Below, one piece after another: positions 53,430 to 63,693 of a stretch of DNA of 64,000 nucleotides. Location: the NCBI GenBank assembly GCA_963842525.1, contig CAWJGT010000009.1, positions 544,001 through 608,000 on the forward strand, given 5' to 3'. The notes under the pieces were generated by a model that searched no databases, was not told where the DNA came from, and saw only the letters and a list, made by a program, of their open reading frames with translations. A program made the position numbers and the translations under genes. Source of the DNA: an uncultured Holophagales bacterium (GTDB lineage: Bacteria > Acidobacteriota > Thermoanaerobaculia > Multivoradales > UBA5704). Position 1 is the stretch's first letter. Each line of letters begins with the position of its first letter.

Positions 53430-53756
53430 ATGGATGTCGCACAGCCGGTACCGCCGGTCCCCGAGCGTGGCAGGAGGGCCACGCGGATCCTGCTGATCGT
53501 CGCCACGGTCCTCTACGGCCTGTCGCTGGTGCCCGCCGCCTTCATGGTCATGATGTCGCCGATGATGTTCGACGCGGGCCCTTCGCCCGAGGTGTGGACG
53601 ATGTTCGGCCTCGTCGTCGGCTATCCGGTGCTGGTGCTCGTGACGATCGTGCTGGGGTGGGTGCTCTTCGCCTACAAGAAATACCGCGCGGCGCTGATCG
53701 TGAGCCTGCTGCCGATCCTGGAGGTCGTGGCCGGCGTGATCGTCATGATGCTGTGA
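53430..53756 (+). CDS. small 3-TM membrane protein
   Basis: Hydrophobic; SPMMFDA motif. Confidence 0.65.
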   Translation: MDVAQPVPPVPERGRRATRILLIVATVLYGLSLVPAAFMVMMSPMMFDAGPSPEVWTMFGLVVGYPVLVLVTIVLGWVLFAYKKYRAALIVSLLPILEVVAGVIVMML

Positions 53757-56195
53757 GGCTAGGCGTCGGACTTGCGAGTCCGGCCAGCTCAGCCAGCTCC
53801 CGCAAGACCGCAACCTGGGCGGTGGTGAACGACTTTTCACCACGGTGAATGGCTTCTATCTCTTTCAGGGCCTCCGCTCTTTCGGCAGGATCGTGGCGGG
53901 CAGAAAACAAGCGAGCCCACAGAAACTCTGCCTCGCGGCAGGCTTTCCTGCGATCGTCGACCAGTTGGTCCCGCACGTTGAGCCCGAAGATGTCAAGACA
54001 GGCCTGGCCGCGCGAGGTGCGATGGCCCATCAGACCCGTCTTCGTATCGACCACCAGATGGTGGCTCGGATCGTCGGCCTCCTGGTCGCTTAGCGGATTG
54101 ATCAGCAGAGGCTTTTCCTCTGCCACTTCTTCGGGCCGCTGAGCATGGCGGCCCTCGACCGGAAAGCGGCTGTGCTTCCCGATCCTACGCCCCTGGCGGA
54201 CGTCGTCCTGGTTGCATTTGACGCACGTCGGCAGCAGATTCGTCCACTCATAGGCCAGCCAGTAGTAGCCCGGATGCTTCACGGGCTCGCCGTCGGCGTC
54301 GATCTGGACCTGCCCCTGCTCGTCGAGCAGCTCCGGATCGGCGGAGGTCGTCATCTCACGCAGGGTCTTGCCGACCGCGGCTTCCACTTCCTGCTCGAAC
54401 GGCCGCTCGCCGGAACGCAGGCTCTGGTCGAGCCGTTCCGACAGGCGATCGAGCTCGGCGTCCTCTTCTGGCGTGCGGTCGGCTTTGCCGCGCAGCTCGG
54501 CGAAGCGGTCGAGGTCACTGACCGAGCCCAGGCTGCGGCTGGTGGGAAGGCCGAAGGCCTCGGAGGCGAGCACCTGGTCGGCACGCAGGCCGGCCAGCTC
54601 CTGCCGATCGATGATCACCAGCTCCGGCGGCCCGTCGAGCTGGGCCTTGAGGCGGCACACCAGGGCATCCTCGAAGTCGGCCGACGCCGCAGCCAGGAGC
54701 GGCGTGTGGGTGGTGGCGAAGATCTGCGTCGCGGGGAACTGCCGGCGCAGGCGGTCGACGATGTGGCGCTGCCAGACGGGGTGCAGGTGCTGCTCCAGCT
54801 CGTCGATCAGCAGGATGCCACCCAGCTCGCGGCCGCTGTTGAAGCGCCCCGCATAGACGCCCCAACCGATGAAGTCGAGCACCCATTGCATGGTGCTGCG
54901 ATAGCCGTCCGACAGGACCCGCAGTGCCTGGCGGCCCCAGGGGCCGTCGATGACGGGGCCGGTCTTAGGATACGTGACCTCGTAGCCCGGAGCGTCGAGC
55001 ATAAGGATCTGCAGGACCTTGTGCTCGATCTCCTGCCGCAGGTCCGGGCTCTGACGCAACAGCACCAGCTCGGGATTCTGCAGCGACGCCTCGTCGTCGA
55101 AAAGAGTGCGTACCGCGTCACGGACGGTGTAAGTCTCGAATCCGGCGTGCGCCTGGCGACCACGGTTGGTGCCGTAGCCGCACACGAAGAGCTTGTTCCA
55201 AGGAAAGGGGTCTGGGGCGGTGTCCTTGCGCAGGGTCTCCCCACCGGTCGCCTCGTCGCGGGTGATCCGGGTGATGATCGACAGGTTGCGATCTTCCTCG
55301 GCATCGTGAAGCTCGATCCGGATCGTCCCGGAGCCGGCACCTTCCCGGACCATGCTGCCGGGTAGCTCGCGCATCAACGCGGCGGCGTCGCTCTCCTGGC
55401 ACAACCCCAGCGCAAGGCTGCGCAGCAAGGTCGACTTGCCGGCGGCGTTGTCGCCTAGGACGGTGATCCAGCCGGTCCCGTCGGCCACGGCGAGGTCCAG
55501 GCTCTCGAAGCAGCGGACGTTCTCGAGCACGAGGCGCTGGATGCGGAGCTGCCCACGCACAGGCTCGCTTGTCGGGGAAAAGTCTCGCAGCTCCGTTCCT
55601 GTTTTGCTTTGCTTCAGCCCGCAAAGCCCCCGTTCGGCTCGAATCAGAACTGGAGCCATTGATTCAGAAAAAAGATTTTCAAGACGTAGGACAACGATAC
55701 CATACTGAAAGGCGTATGGAACTTCCTTTGTCTGTCCGATCGCCTCGTAAAACGCGAGCGAAAACACGAAGGCGGCTTTATCGGAAATCTCTTTCTGTGT
55801 CCCGATTACGAACGGAATGTGCCGCGCGATCGCCTCCGCCTGATGCAGAGAGAAGCAACGATCTAAAAACACGCACTGAATGTGTTGTTTGAAGATCTCG
55901 AAGAAGGACTCCAGTGCTTCTGCGGTGACTAAGCGGGCTACACCATTATCGCCCCTTCAAGTACGATGCCGGCCTCCTCGCCATGTCCTGAAAAATGGAC
56001 GAAGTGAGGTTTGTACGACAGCATATGGCGACTGAGGTCCCTCGGGCGGACGGCCTCACGAATCTGCAGCTCGAACGGCATCATTGTCCGGCTCTCAAGG
56101 GCCTCCCTGATCCGGCGAGCTTCTTGGTCCAGGCGGAGTTTCGCCGTGTTCAAAGGATCAGCAGACAGCAGTAGAATGCGAACAAGTTTCCTCAT
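53743..56195 (-). CDS. CHAT domain plus ABC-type ATPase (PtuA-like) fused to the C-terminal half of an HNH nuclease (PtuB-like); frameshift ~55953
   Basis: CHAT motifs VHFSGHG and CVFLDRC; ATPase motifs GDNAAGKS, LSDGY, LIDELEQHLHP and TTHTP; HNH motifs YYWLAYEWTNLLPTCVKCN and LLINP. Confidence 0.75.
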
Positions 56196-56376
56196 GTCAT
56201 TACTATTTTAAGCGTGCCCCATTTGCAGTCAACATGGAGGTCTCGGATCCTGTTCCCGCTCCCCGAAGCTCCAAAAGGCCGCCGGCCAAGCGGACGTCTC
56301 CGGTCCCTGTCGTCCCCTCCGCCCCCGCTGTCCTCTGGGAACCCGAGACCTATCCCCCCGGCACCTATCCCCGGTG

Positions 56377-56778
56377 TCAGGCCCAGAGGATCTCGATTTC
56401 GTAGGGCTCCAGGAGCCGGTCGTGAGTGACGAGGGCCAAGCCTTCTGCCTGCGCCTGTGCGACCAGCGTCCGATCGAAAGGGTCCCGGTGGTGGGGAGGA
56501 AGGGTGCCCGGCCCGCTCGGCGTGGGAGAACGTAATGAGGAGCTTCTCGAAACCGCTCGCGAGGACACCCGCCTCCATCGTGTCGGGGAAGCGAGACGGC
56601 CCAAGGAGGCCTTGATCGCAGCCTCCCAGGCCGAGGCCGCACTCACGAACACGATCTCTGCCGATGCGATCTTGTTTTGTACGTCGGCGGCCAACCGGGA
56701 GGGCTCGCCTCGCCACCAGAGAAAGACGTGGGTATCGAGGAGGAGCCGGGTTGAAGGTTCACCCACGCCCTCACTCAA
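56377..56778 (-). CDS. vapC: PIN-domain toxin (frameshifted)
   Basis: LLLDTHVFLWW, SAWEAAIK and HRDPFDR.LVAQA. Confidence 0.8.
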   Translation of the reverse strand: MSEGVGEPSTRLLLDTHVFLWWRGEPSRLAADVQNKIASAEIVFVSAASAWEAAIKASLGRLASPTRWRRVSSRAVSRSSSLRSPTPSGPGTLPPHHRDPFDRTLVAQAQAEGLALVTHDRLLEPYEIEILWA

Positions 56779-57007
56779 AGGCGGCCTGGATCTCCGGAGG
56801 CAGGGGAGCGTCGAAGTCTTCCGAGATGCGCATCCTGCCTTCCCACCCGCCAGGCCGGCGCGGCTCAGCAGGCCGATGGAACGGCACGAGCTTGGCGAGA
56901 GGCTTGCCCGCCTTGGACAGAATGATCTCCTCACCGCTCGCGGCGCGGTCGACGAGCCGCGAGAGAGAAGTCTTCGCCTCGTATAGGTTGTAGATGACCT
57001 CGGACAT
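56771..57007 (-). CDS. Phd/YefM family antitoxin
   Basis: NLYEAKTSLSRLV...GEEIILSKAGKPLAKLVP. Confidence 0.9.
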   Translation of the reverse strand: MSEVIYNLYEAKTSLSRLVDRAASGEEIILSKAGKPLAKLVPFHRPAEPRRPGGWEGRMRISEDFDAPLPPEIQAAFE

Positions 57008-57023
57008 CGGCGGGTTCTCCAGG

Positions 57024-57068
57024 TTGACCAACCCTGACCAAGTCTAGGCGTCCGGTGGTCAGGGTCAA
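57024..57068. promoter_or_regulatory. toxin-antitoxin operator (inverted repeats)
   Basis: TTGACC..CCCTGACCA / TGGTCAGGGTCAA around a minus-strand TAGACT. Confidence 0.55.
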
Positions 57069-57115
57069 GAGGCGGTGCTCGGCCTTTCTCACCAACTCCA
57101 CAGCCCGAAATCGGT

Positions 57116-57135
57116 GCACTGTATAGCCAGGGACG
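57116..57135 (+). promoter_or_regulatory. conserved motif upstream of DPxG peptide gene 2
   Basis: GCACTGTATAGCCAGGGACG, matching 36514-36533(-). Confidence 0.6.
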
Positions 57136-57194
57136 GTCCCTCCCTCCCGCGGTGGGAGACAGGAGCGGATGCCGTTCCAGACAAGGAGACCTCC

Positions 57195-57476
57195 TTGAGC
57201 CGCAGCGCTCGCCGTATCTCTGTCCTGCTTCTCCTTCTTCTCGCCGCAGCCGTGGCCGCTCCTCCTGCCTTTGCCGGCGGCGACGACAGCGCCCGGGCCG
57301 TGCGAGGGGTCCACAGCCTCTTCTCCTCCCTCCGGCAGACCCTGGGCGAGATCGTCGCCCGCTTCGCCCTGGAGTCCGCCAGTGACTCGGACGGCCGCTC
57401 GACCATCGACCCGAACGGCGCCACCGCGCCCGCTGGCGATCCTGACGGCCGCTCGACCCTCGACCCGGACGGCTAG
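57195..57476 (+). CDS. secreted peptide precursor with two DGRSTxDPxG cores
   Basis: AAGGAG RBS and TTG start; signal peptide ending AFA; 54-bp repeat; ends in DPDG-stop. Confidence 0.78.
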   Translation: MSRSARRISVLLLLLLAAAVAAPPAFAGGDDSARAVRGVHSLFSSLRQTLGEIVARFALESASDSDGRSTIDPNGATAPAGDPDGRSTLDPDG

Positions 57477-57504
57477 GCGGCCCCCGTTTCCTTTGTTGAC
57501 ATGT

Positions 57505-57532
57505 CCGCCGGTGCCGTACCGGCGGTCTTTTT
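57505..57532 (+). terminator. intrinsic terminator after the peptide gene
   Basis: CCGCCGGT-GCCGT-ACCGGCGG-TCTTTTT. Confidence 0.75.
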
Positions 57533-57599
57533 GTTCTCCCGAGACGCGCTTCTGAAGTACGATAGAGCGCACGGAAACAGGAATTGTGGGAGGACCACG

Positions 57600-58966
57600 A
57601 TGGCAGAGCGGCACATTCCGGAAGGTCTGTTCAGGCGGTTCTTGCGGCAGGAGACCTCTCGCGACGAGTCGCGCGAGATCGTGCGTCATCTCCTGACCGG
57701 ATGCCCGCAGTGCTCGGAGACGGGGTACCGGGTGGTCTCCGAGATCGGCCTGGTCGTACCCCCCGAGTCTCCGCAACCCGCGTGGGAAGAGGCGTACGAA
57801 GGCTCTTCTCCCGGGCGCTCGCCTTCTCCAGCGAGGAGGAGCGGCGGATCGCGTGGGAGAAGCTTCAGGGGTGGGCCCGCTGGATGGAGCTCGAGCCATT
57901 GAGCCCGCAGGAACGGCTCGTCCGGATGGAGTCCGACGTGCGTTTCCAGACTTACGGGCTCTACTCCCGGCTCCTCGAGGCGAGCCGCTGGTACAGCCGC
58001 ACTGATCCGGGCGAGGCGGTCGATATCGTCCGCCTCGCCGTCGTTGTGGCGGAGCGGCTCGATCCAAGCAGGATCGGACGGCAGCGCACCGCGGATCTCC
58101 AGGCTGCCGCCCGGGCAGAGCTCGGCAACGCCTGCCGGATCGCCGAGGACTTCGAAGGAGCCCGCCAGGCGTTCGATGAGGCCTGGCGCATCCTGGAGAC
58201 TGGAACGGGCGATCCGGCCGAGGAGGCCCATCTCATCAGCCTCGAAGCCTCGTACCTGAAGGACATTGGAGACTACGAGCTGGCCGAGGCTTCCCTGGCC
58301 GAGGCGCTCCGGATGTACCGGGCCATCGGAGACACCCACCACCAAGGCCGGGTGCTTCTCAAGATGGGCGAGGTCATCGGGCACGTCCAACCGGAGCAGG
58401 GCGTTGCTCACATCCAGAAAGCCCTGACCCTCCTGGATGCGGCGAGGGAGCCGAGGCTGGAGCTCTATGCACAGCATGACCTCGCCCAGTTCCTGAGCGA
58501 CAGCGGCCGGCCCGAGGAGGCGCTCGCCGTTCTTGAGCGCGCTCGTCCTCTCTACCAGCAGTTCCAGGAGGAGCCGGTCCAGCTTCGCCTGCACTGGCTC
58601 GAAGCCAAGATCGCCAGCCGCCTCGGTGACCTCGCTGAGGCCGAAAGCATCCTCGCGCAGCTCTGGGAGGAATTCCGCGTCCGCAACCTCTATCAGGAGG
58701 TGGTGCTCGTCACAATCGACCTGGCGCAGATCCTGACCCGCAAGGGGGAGTCGGCGCGCGCCGCGCAGCTCGCGTCCGAGTGCCACACGATCATGGCCGG
58801 CTGGGGCCTGCACCGGGATGCCCTCACCGCGTGGCTCGTCTTCTGCGACGCCCTGGCCCAGGACCGCGTCAAGATAGACCTCTTCGAGCGGCTCGGCGAC
58901 TACTTCCGCCGCCACCGGTTCCGGCCCGCTCCCTTCAGCACGGCGGATACCCCGCGGGAGGAATGA
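57600..58966 (+). CDS. zinc-finger (HLLTGCPQC) plus TPR protein (frameshift ~57800)
   Basis: GGAGGA RBS; zf-HC2-like N-terminus; ELGNACRIAEDFEGARQAF TPR segment similar to the 34626 protein. Confidence 0.8.
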
Positions 58967-59169
58967 GCGACCCCAGGGCGACGTCGAGTCTCTCCATAAT
59001 CGAAGGCGCTCTACACGCTGGCAATCAGCCGGTTGCGAAGGCTGCGCCCGCGTCGTAGGATCTCCTTGCCTCGCCGCGTCGTCTCACGAAGTTGCCTGCG
59101 ATGGTCATCCTCTGGATGCCCGGCATCTGTTGCCATGCCGCTCGGGCAAAGGCGAAGCGTTGAGAGGAA

Positions 59170-59785
59170 ATCTCGACGGGCTTGGAGAGAATTGGGCGGG
59201 CTTTCGAGACGATTCTGGAGGCCTTGCGGAACAGTTCTGGAAGGATTCCGGACAGTTCTCCAGGGCTTCGGAAAAATTCTGGAGCCCTCCAGAAAAAATC
59301 CTAAGGGCTCCAAAAGTTTTTCCAGCCCTTCCGAGGAACTCTGAAGCCCTCCAAAACTTTTCTCCAGGACTTCGGAACGGTTCCGAAGGCTTCCGGAAGT
59401 TTTCTGGACGGCTCGAAAAAATTCTGGAAGGCTTCGGGACGGTTCTGGAGTCCTTCAGAACTTTTCTCCAAGGCTTCGGATCGGTTCCGAAGGCTTCCAG
59501 AAAGTTTCCGAACGGCTGGAAAAATTTCTGAAAGGCTTCCGGAAGGTTCCGAAGCTCTCCGGAACTCTTCTCCAAGGCTTCGGATCGGCTCCGAAGCCTT
59601 CCGGAAAACTTCTGGACGGCTGGAAAAACTTCTGGAAGGCTTCCGGGAGATTCTGAAGCCCTTCAGAATTCTTCTCCAGGGCTCCAGATCGGCTTCGAAG
59701 CCTTCCGGGAAACTTCTAGCCGGCTCGAAAAGTTTCCAGAAGGCTTCCGGAAGACTCTGAACCCCTTGAAACTTCTCCTCCAGCC
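59170..59785. repeat. intergenic degenerate array with 104-bp higher-order period and ~10.4/21-bp subperiod
   Basis: Equivalent positions 59262/59366/59470/59574/59678 and 59406/59510/59614/59718. Confidence 0.85.
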
Positions 59786-59828
59786 GTAAGGACTCGTCAC
59801 GAAGTAAGTGAACGTGGCGTTGTAGGCC

Positions 59829-61194
59829 CTACCTCACCCCCAGCTCTTCCGAGATAACGCCGGCCAGCTCGCCGGCAAGGGCTTCGATCCAGGCCTGGTC
59901 GGGGCCTTCGATCATGACGCGGGCGAGGGGCTCGGTGCCGCTGTAACGCAGGACGAGGCGGCCGTCCTCGCCCAATCTCTCCTCCACGGTGCGGGCTGTA
60001 GCGGCCACCCGGGGGACCTGGAAGAGGTCGGGCTTGCGGGCCACACGCACGTTCTGCAGCACCTGGGGGTAGCGGCGGAAGCCGGCGAGGAGCTCCGAGA
60101 GGGGTCGCCCGGCCCGGCGGACGAGCCAGGCCATCTGCAGCGCGGTTAGCAGGCCGTCGCCCGTGCTCGCGAGGCCGCTCTGCACGATGTGGCCCGACTG
60201 CTCGCCGCCCAGGAGGATGCCCTCCCTGCTGCATGGCCTCGACCACGTAGCGGTCGCCCACGCCGCAACGCTCGATCCCGATCCCCTCGCGGGCAAGCGC
60301 CCGTTCCAGGCCCAGATTGCTCATCGTGGTCGCCACAATGCGCGGCGGCACGAGCGCGCCGCGGTCGCGCAGGAAGATCGCCCAGAGGTAGAGGATGGCG
60401 TCGCCGTCCCGCACCTCGCCCCGCTCGTCGGCCAGGATGCAGCGGTCGGCGTCGCCGTCGAAGGCGGCGCCGAGGGCCGCCCCCTCGGCCACCACCCGGT
60501 CCGCCATGTCCCCGGGAGCGGTCGAGCCGCAACCGTCGTTGACGTTGCGGCCGTTGGGCGCGGCATGGAGGAGCGTCACGGCGGCGCCGAGCCGCTCGAA
60601 CAGCTCGCCGGCGTAGGACGAGGCGGCGCCGTTGCCGGCGTCGAGGACGATCTTCAGGCCGGCGAGCGGCCGGTCGCCCGGCACGGTGGCGGCCAGATGG
60701 CGCAGATAGAGCTCGCGCAGCCCGGCCTCGACCGGCAGGTCCCCGTTCCAGGGCTCGACGTCCATGGAAGGCTTGGCTTCGAGGCGGCGCTCCAGGGCGG
60801 CTTCGTCCTCCTCGCTCCACTTGGATCCCTGCGGATCGATCAGCTTGATCCCGTTGTCCGGATGGGGGTTGTGGCTCGCCGACACCACGGCGCCGCAAGC
60901 GGCGTCCAGCTCGCGGGCCAGGAAGGCGACCCCCGGCGTGGGGATGACCCCGGCGTGGCGGACGCGCGCGCCGCCCGCGGCCAGGCCTTCGGCGAGCCAA
61001 CGGCAGATCTCGGGCGTGCTCTCCCGGGTGTCGCCGCCCAGGACCACCACCGGTGCGTTCCCGGCCTTCTCCTGCAGCGTGGCCGCGAGGTGGGAGGCGA
61101 GGGCTGTCACGGTGGCGCGGTCGAGGGGCGGCTCGCCGGCCCGTCCGCGGACGCCGTCGGTTCCGAAGAGATGTCGCGTCGGGCTCGAGGTCAC
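59829..61194 (-). CDS. glmM: phosphoglucosamine mutase (frameshift ~60225)
   Basis: FGTDGVRG, SASHNP, FDGDADR, GGEQSGH and RYSGTEP. Confidence 0.93.
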
Positions 61195-61898
61195 GTCTGG
61201 GGTCTCCGCGCCGCCGGCTGGGCGCCGCCGGCAGTCGCTTCATCGGTCTTGTCTTCAGGCTGGTGCAGCGGCACCCGGACGGTCACCTCGGATGGCTGTA
61301 CGACCTGGATCAGGGGATTGGGGGACACCACCTCCACCTGTTGCTCGAAGGTCACGGCGTGCCCGTTCAGGTTGATCGGACGTGTGGTCAGCGACGTAGT
61401 GCTGGCGAGAAGAGACTCCGGGCCGGTCACCAGCACCTGGCTCGGGAAGACCTCCGGCTCGTCGGCGACCGCTCCGGCCGCAGGCGCTCCGACGAGCTGC
61501 GGCACCACGGGCAGGCTCTGGCTGCCCTCCCGCTCCACGGCGACGTCGATGATGTTCGGCTCGATCGACACCACCTCCAGCCCGTCCGGCATCAGGACGT
61601 TCCTGGAGCTGAGGTTGACGGTGACCCGGCCCGGCTCGGCCGGCGGGAGGTCGACCTGGACGCTCACCATCTGGGGGTTGAGCTGGCGGATCAGCCGGCT
61701 GCTGCCGCGTAGCCGGAGATTGACGGTCCCCACCGGGTCGAGGATCATGAGGCCGCGCGGCCGGTTGTAGGTGACGCTCGCCTCGACGAGCCGCTCGGTC
61801 AGCTCCACCCGGTCCTCGAACGAGACGCTGAACCATACGGCGACGGCGATGCCGAGCGCCAACAGGCGCAGGCCCCATGTCCGGGCGTTGTCGCTCAT
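61191..61898 (-). CDS. cdaR: CdaR/YbbR family diadenylate cyclase regulator
   Basis: N-terminal TM plus YbbR-like repeats; lies between cdaA and glmM. Confidence 0.8.
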   Translation of the reverse strand: MSDNARTWGLRLLALGIAVAVWFSVSFEDRVELTERLVEASVTYNRPRGLMILDPVGTVNLRLRGSSRLIRQLNPQMVSVQVDLPPAEPGRVTVNLSSRNVLMPDGLEVVSIEPNIIDVAVEREGSQSLPVVPQLVGAPAAGAVADEPEVFPSQVLVTGPESLLASTTSLTTRPINLNGHAVTFEQQVEVVSPNPLIQVVQPSEVTVRVPLHQPEDKTDEATAGGAQPAARRPQT

Positions 61899-62680
61899 GC
61901 GGTCCCCGCCTGGGGATAGAGGTCGGTGACCAGGTATTTATAGAGGGTGTTGCGCAGGCTCTTGCCGTCGAGGTCGCGGATCATCTCGCCGTCGAACGCC
62001 ACGGAAATGATGCCGGTCTCCTCGGAGACGACCACGGCCACGGCGTCGGTCTCCTCGGTGATGCCGAGGGCGGCCCGGTGGCGGGTGCCGAACTCCTTGG
62101 ACAGCTCGGGGTTGCCGGTGAGCGGCAGGAAACAGGCGGCCGCTGCGATGCGGTCGTCCTGCACGATGACCGCGCCGTCGTGGAGCGGCGTGTCCGGGGA
62201 GAAGATGTTGATCAGCAGGTCGTAGGAGAGCGCGGCGTCGAGCGGGATGCCGTTCTCGATGTAGGTGCGCAGCCCCTGCAGGCGCTCGATCACGATCAGC
62301 GCGCCGACCTTGCGCGACGACAGGGTGGTCGCCGCGAGCACGATGTCGCCGAAGGACGAGACCACCTTCTGCTGCTTGGTCAGCCCCCACAGCGGGTTGC
62401 GCCCGAAGCTCGCGAGGGCCCGCCGGATCTCCTGCTGGAAGAGGATGATGATGGCGAAAGGGACGACGATGAGCAGGCTCTCCAGCATCTTCTGGAGGGT
62501 CGGCAGCTCGAGCGCCCGGGCCACGTAGTAGACGAGGCCCACGAAGACGATGCCGAGCAGCATCTGGACGGCGCGCGTGCCCCGGATGAGGAGCAGCAGG
62601 TTGTAGACCACCACCGCGACGACCAGGATGTCGATGGCGTCGCGCCAGGTCAGCAGCTCCAGGAAGCGCTGGACGGTCAC
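61895..62680 (-). CDS. cdaA: diadenylate cyclase
   Basis: Three TM helices, FQQEIRRAL, PLHDGA, GTRHRAA and VSEETG. Confidence 0.93.
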   Translation of the reverse strand: MTVQRFLELLTWRDAIDILVVAVVVYNLLLLIRGTRAVQMLLGIVFVGLVYYVARALELPTLQKMLESLLIVVPFAIIILFQQEIRRALASFGRNPLWGLTKQQKVVSSFGDIVLAATTLSSRKVGALIVIERLQGLRTYIENGIPLDAALSYDLLINIFSPDTPLHDGAVIVQDDRIAAAACFLPLTGNPELSKEFGTRHRAALGITEETDAVAVVVSEETGIISVAFDGEMIRDLDGKSLRNTLYKYLVTDLYPQAGTA

Positions 62681-63606
62681 CGCTCGGCCTCCTCTCCGGC
62701 GATCGCCCGCCAGACGGCGAGGAACTGGACCGTCTCGGCCACGTCGTGGACGCGGACGAGTGCCGCGCCATGGTGCGCCGCCCAGGCCAGGGCCGCGAGG
62801 CTGCCGGCCAGCCGGTCGGCGGGGGCGATCGCCGGGGTCGCCGGCCCGCCGACCTTCTCGAAGGCCTTGCCGAGGAAGCTCTTGCGGCTCGCTCCCACCA
62901 GCAGGGGCCGGCCGATCTCCGTCAGCTCATCGAGCCGCCGCAGGAGCGCGAGGTTCTGCTCCGCTGTCTTGCCGAAGCCGAGCCCGGGATCGAGGACCAC
63001 CTGCCCGGGGTCGATCCCCAGCGCGGACGCCCGCTCGAGGGCCTGCGCCAGCTCGCTCCGCACCTCGGCGAGGAGGTTGCCGAAGCGGATGTCCCGCTGC
63101 ATGGTCGCGAGCTCGCCGCGGCTGTGCATCAGCACGACGGGGCAGCCCGCCTCCGCAACGGCCCGGCCGAGCTCCGGGTCGGCGAGGGCGCTCACGTCGT
63201 TGATCAGGTCTGCTCCAGCCGCGAGGGCCTGTCGCGCCACCGCTCCCTTGCGGGTGTCGACGGAGAGCGGTGCATCCGTCGCCCGCCGCACCGCTGCGAG
63301 GACCGGGAGGAGGCGCCGGATCTCCTCCTCGACCGGCACGGTGGCGGCCCCCGCGCCGTAGACCCCGCCGCCCGGGCGGGTCGACTCGGCTCCGAAGTCG
63401 ATCAGCTCGGCGCCCTCCGCGAGCATCCGGAGGGCCCGGTCGACGGCGCGCGGTGGATCGGTCCACAGGCCGCCGTCGCTGAAGGAGTCCGGGGTGAGAT
63501 TGAGGATGCCCATCACCCGCGGTCCGCGTTCGAGCACGAGCGAGCGGCCCCGGGGGAGGCGAAGGGTCCATGTCGAGCGGTTTCCGAGGATGCGCGCGGT
63601 CTCCAT
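62677..63606 (-). CDS. folP: dihydropteroate synthase
   Basis: MGILNLTPDSFSDGG, ESTRPG, DPGLGFGK, SRKSF and RVHDV. Confidence 0.95.
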   Translation of the reverse strand: METARILGNRSTWTLRLPRGRSLVLERGPRVMGILNLTPDSFSDGGLWTDPPRAVDRALRMLAEGAELIDFGAESTRPGGGVYGAGAATVPVEEEIRRLLPVLAAVRRATDAPLSVDTRKGAVARQALAAGADLINDVSALADPELGRAVAEAGCPVVLMHSRGELATMQRDIRFGNLLAEVRSELAQALERASALGIDPGQVVLDPGLGFGKTAEQNLALLRRLDELTEIGRPLLVGASRKSFLGKAFEKVGGPATPAIAPADRLAGSLAALAWAAHHGAALVRVHDVAETVQFLAVWRAIAGEEAER

Positions 63607-63636
63607 GGCCCGCGGTCTAGTCTATCGCAGGCATCC

Positions 63637-63667
63637 AAACGAAAACGCCCGGCGTATTGCCGGGCGT
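63637..63667 (-). terminator. intrinsic terminator downstream of ftsH
   Basis: Minus strand reads ACGCCCGGC-AATAC-GCCGGGCGT-TTTCGTTT. Confidence 0.75.
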
Positions 63668-63693
63668 CGATGAAACCGGTAGGGGAAGAAGGT

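Noticed and set aside
59011-59575. ORFs over the 104-bp array
   Set aside because: The period is not a multiple of 3, the ORFs are open on both strands with low-complexity products, and there is no RBS.
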